Assembly: GCF_006345805.1 (NCBI RefSeq)
Contig: NC_043006.1
Coordinates: 91,078,001 to 91,142,000, forward strand
DNA length: 64,000 nt
From: Octopus sinensis
Taxonomy: Eukaryota
Reading direction: 5' to 3'
Shown: piece by piece, positions 61,020 to 64,000 of the stretch
How positions within the stretch are numbered: the stretch's first letter is position 1
Layout: each line of letters begins with the position of its first letter
Position numbers and translations under genes: made by a program
Notes under the pieces: model-generated
Told to the model about the DNA's origin: nothing
What the model saw: only the letters and a program-made list of their open reading frames with translations
The model's database searches: none

Positions 61020-62357
61020 TTTTTTCCAGAACAAGAATTATTTGTGTTGCGTTGTTAAGTAAAGTGTGGCTCTTTTATTCCATAAAAGAAATAGTTCATG
61101 ACTGACATTCATGCTGGAATAATAAAACAATAAAATAAAATTTTAAAAGATGAAGCACAAAAAATAAAAAATAGAACATGTTGCAAAACAAAACAAAAGA
61201 AAAAATAATAAAGAGAAAAAAATAACAAAACATAATTGATATTATTTTCTTTCTTTTTGTTTTTCAGAGCCATATTTCGTTGGTTGAAGTTATTGTGCCA
61301 TGGATGTGAAATACTGAGTTATTAAAGGAAATTATTTATTTCACAAGTTATATGCTGTTGATGTTGTTCCAATTGTTGCAGGTGCTTTTGTTTAAGACCC
61401 AGCCCCAATTTGATCAAACTGATCAGTGATCAAAGGTGTTTGAACTGTGAATGTCCCATCGTGTTGTTGTCGTTTAGCTCCTAGATCAGCTCCCTGATCC
61501 AGTGGCTGCTGCTGGATCAGGGAATTTAAGAAAAGGTCTCATGTAGCAGCATTTAAACTGATCATCTCTGGCTCAAATATTTCACATAAGTTCAAACTGG
61601 CCAGATCAGGCCTATCAGACCTACCCTTCAACATTGTTCTAAACATAAACAACCACATCCTTAAATTCTTGAAGCTACAAAATTTTTATGATTAATTCTA
61701 AACAATGTGAATAAATACGAATTAAATTTGACCAAGTAGTCAGAATGCCACCATTCCTGCTTATTAACTCTTCAGGGTTCACACTGGTTAGCAGGATGAG
61801 CTTTATTAGGATTTAGATTCGGTTACAGCTACTGCAACATAGTCTCAACCGTTGGATAGGAACTGTTTTGCATTTGTTGTTACACTCTTGGCCTTATCTA
61901 CTTTGAAACGACCGAGATAATGTGAAGTAAAGAAGATTATTTAGTCTTAAAGAGGACAAGACAACCTCCCTGAAGTTCGTTCCATGATAGAAGGTTGCCA
62001 GTCGACTCTTTCTTGTGCTTGATGTATAAATGGAGACAAAGTAAAAAATACTCTATTTTTTCAAATCAAAAACATGACTACTTTTCTATTGCAGGCATTG
62101 TGCTAAAATGCTATCTGTAAAGAGATTGGTATTTATGTAGAACATTGAGCTGTAGAAAAATGGGAAGACCATGCGAGAGAGCAGTACCTCAGGATGATAA
62201 GAGATGACTTGGTCTATGATGCTTGCATGGAAAGAGGGCAGATGATGACGGTCATGATGACGATGACGATCAAGTTACCCTTTGGTCAAATTGTTTTCAT
62301 GGAAGGTTGGATATGAACGGCACCAGTTGTATTACGATGGTGACACAACTATCACAC

Positions 62358-62469
62358 AATGTCAACATAAGGACGTTCAAACATACACACACACAACACA
62401 TGTATATGTATATATACATGTGTTGTGTGTGTGTATGTGTGTTTGTTTGAACGTCCTTATGTTGACATT
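62358..62469. repeat. Near-perfect long hairpin (about 50-bp arms, one bulge of about 8 nt)
   Basis: 62358-62382 pairs perfectly with 62445-62469, and 62382-62406 pairs perfectly with 62413-62437. Confidence 0.9.
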
Positions 62470-63619
62470 CACATATGACAGGCTTCTTTCAGTTTCTGTC
62501 TACCAGAACCATTCATAAGGTCTTGGTTGGTCCAAGGCCGTATTAGAAGACTCTTGCTCAAGGTGCCATGGAGTGGAACTGAACCCAAAACCATAGAGTC
62601 AGGAAGCAGAATTAATTGCACGACCAGTCTGGATCTAATGAGGATGACAGCAAAATAAAGGCAAAACTTTTGGTTTCAATAGAAACTTATGGAATCAATA
62701 TTCTGCTTACAATAAATGTCAATATTTTGATGTTTTTGTTTTTCTTTAATTCCTCATTATTTAATGACTGAATGTTGATTCTGTTCAAAATACAATGTGT
62801 GTGTGTGCATAAAGTGTCATCTTCAACATTTCATCCTTTTTCCATTCTGGAGATGGACAAAATTTCTCGGGGCACTCCGCCATGGCCAGATGCTCTTTTT
62901 TATTCCAGACTCTACTTGTTCTTGAGTGAAGTCCTTTATTCCGCTGGTCTTTTGATGCTGAACTACCAAACTGCAAAACATAAGCGAATACCTCAGCAGC
63001 TGCAAACACACACACACACATTCATGACAGACCTCTCAACAGTTTCTGTCAAATTTTACAATCCATTGAACAGTTTGATGCTACAGGAAAGAGGGACACT
63101 TGCCCAAATTGACCTATGCTGTAACTGAACCTGGGGCCATGGGATTGCAAACTGTGCTTCTTACCTACCGAGTCACACATTCATCTCAAAATCCATTAAA
63201 CTTCTACTGAGATGTTTACATGTTCTGAGACCAAGCAGTTTCATTAGTGCTTTAGTTAGTTTTAGCCATCACAGCTAAGGCCATGCTGGAGTACCACGTT
63301 CATAAGACTAAGATATTTGATCCTAGTTTTCTGCCCTGTGAGTTCAAATCCCACTGAGGTCAACTTTGTCTTTCATCCTTTCAGGGGTCAATAAAATGAA
63401 AAAAAAAAATTAGTGAAAGTGTTGGAGCATCAAGCAAGGTGGCTTGTGGTATTGTTCTCAGTCTTTGTGTTCTAGGTTCAAATTCCACTATGGACCGCTC
63501 CTGGGGACAGATTTAATCCATATATTTATATGCTATAGACGTTTGAAAATCTAATGTGAAACCGGTTAAGTGTATTCCTATATTTTAAAATATATAATAA
63601 ATAAATGTGCCCTTTTAAA

Positions 63620-63852
63620 GCCTAGCTAGGCTCATGGGTCTGGTTTCCTGGTTTCAATCTTGTATGTGTTCCCCAGCTGGACGGGACGCCAGTCTATCAC
63701 AGCTTTACTTATTTTTGCCAGCTGAGTGAACTGGAACAACGTGAAATGAAGTGTTTTGCTCAAGAACACAACGCGTCGCCTGGTCCAGGAATCGAAACCA
63801 CAATTTTATGATCATGACGCTGACACCCTAACCACTAAGCCACACGCCTCCA
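63620..63852 (-). mobile_element. tRNA-derived SINE family D
   Basis: Minus-strand head GGCGTGTGGCTTAGTGGTTAGGGTG...GGTTTCGATTCCTGGACC; shares tttttgccagctgagtg.actgga..aa.gtgaaat.aagtgt.ttgctcaag.acacaac with 54740-54800. Confidence 0.72.
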
Positions 63853-64000
63853 CATTTAAAAAAAAAATATAATTAAATTTTAATATATTCTCTGTGCATT
63901 TTCAACTTCATTTCTTCTATTCCTCCATTTGTTTGAATTAATAACACACACACACACAGATTTGAGTGTACTTGTGTTTTCCACTTGACAACTCATGCTG

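Overview
AT-rich, microsatellite- and SINE-dense eukaryotic genomic DNA. The repeat families look like those of Octopus or another coleoid cephalopod; this is an inference from repeat recognition, not a database result. The only host gene I can identify with confidence is RXYLT1/TMEM5 (ribitol-5-phosphate xylosyltransferase 1) on the + strand. Its penultimate exon (6042-6212) and terminal exon (29263-29689) are joined in phase 2 across a 23-kb intron, and earlier exons lie upstream of the window. The rest is mostly decayed mobile DNA. Retroelements include R4/Dong-type REL LINEs, RTE LINEs, a Hero-like RT fragment, a Penelope RT fragment, a Ty3/gypsy remnant with a 3' LTR and several tRNA-derived SINE families. 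DNA transposons include mariner and piggyBac deletion derivatives or MITEs and a foldback element with a 6-bp TSD. The observations most worth a second look are: Penelope-type minimal hammerhead ribozyme relics (twice as head-to-head inverted pairs), a tRNA-Lys(TTT)-like head that retains an insert at the tRNA intron position, the unclassified foldback element, two long near-perfect palindromes and an RFX X-box inside a mariner TIR. Several frame-compatible candidate exon chains after 31 kb may belong to a second gene, but I cannot identify it. I see no CRISPR array, rRNA or clearly functional tRNA, and no evidence strong enough to claim a new biological system.
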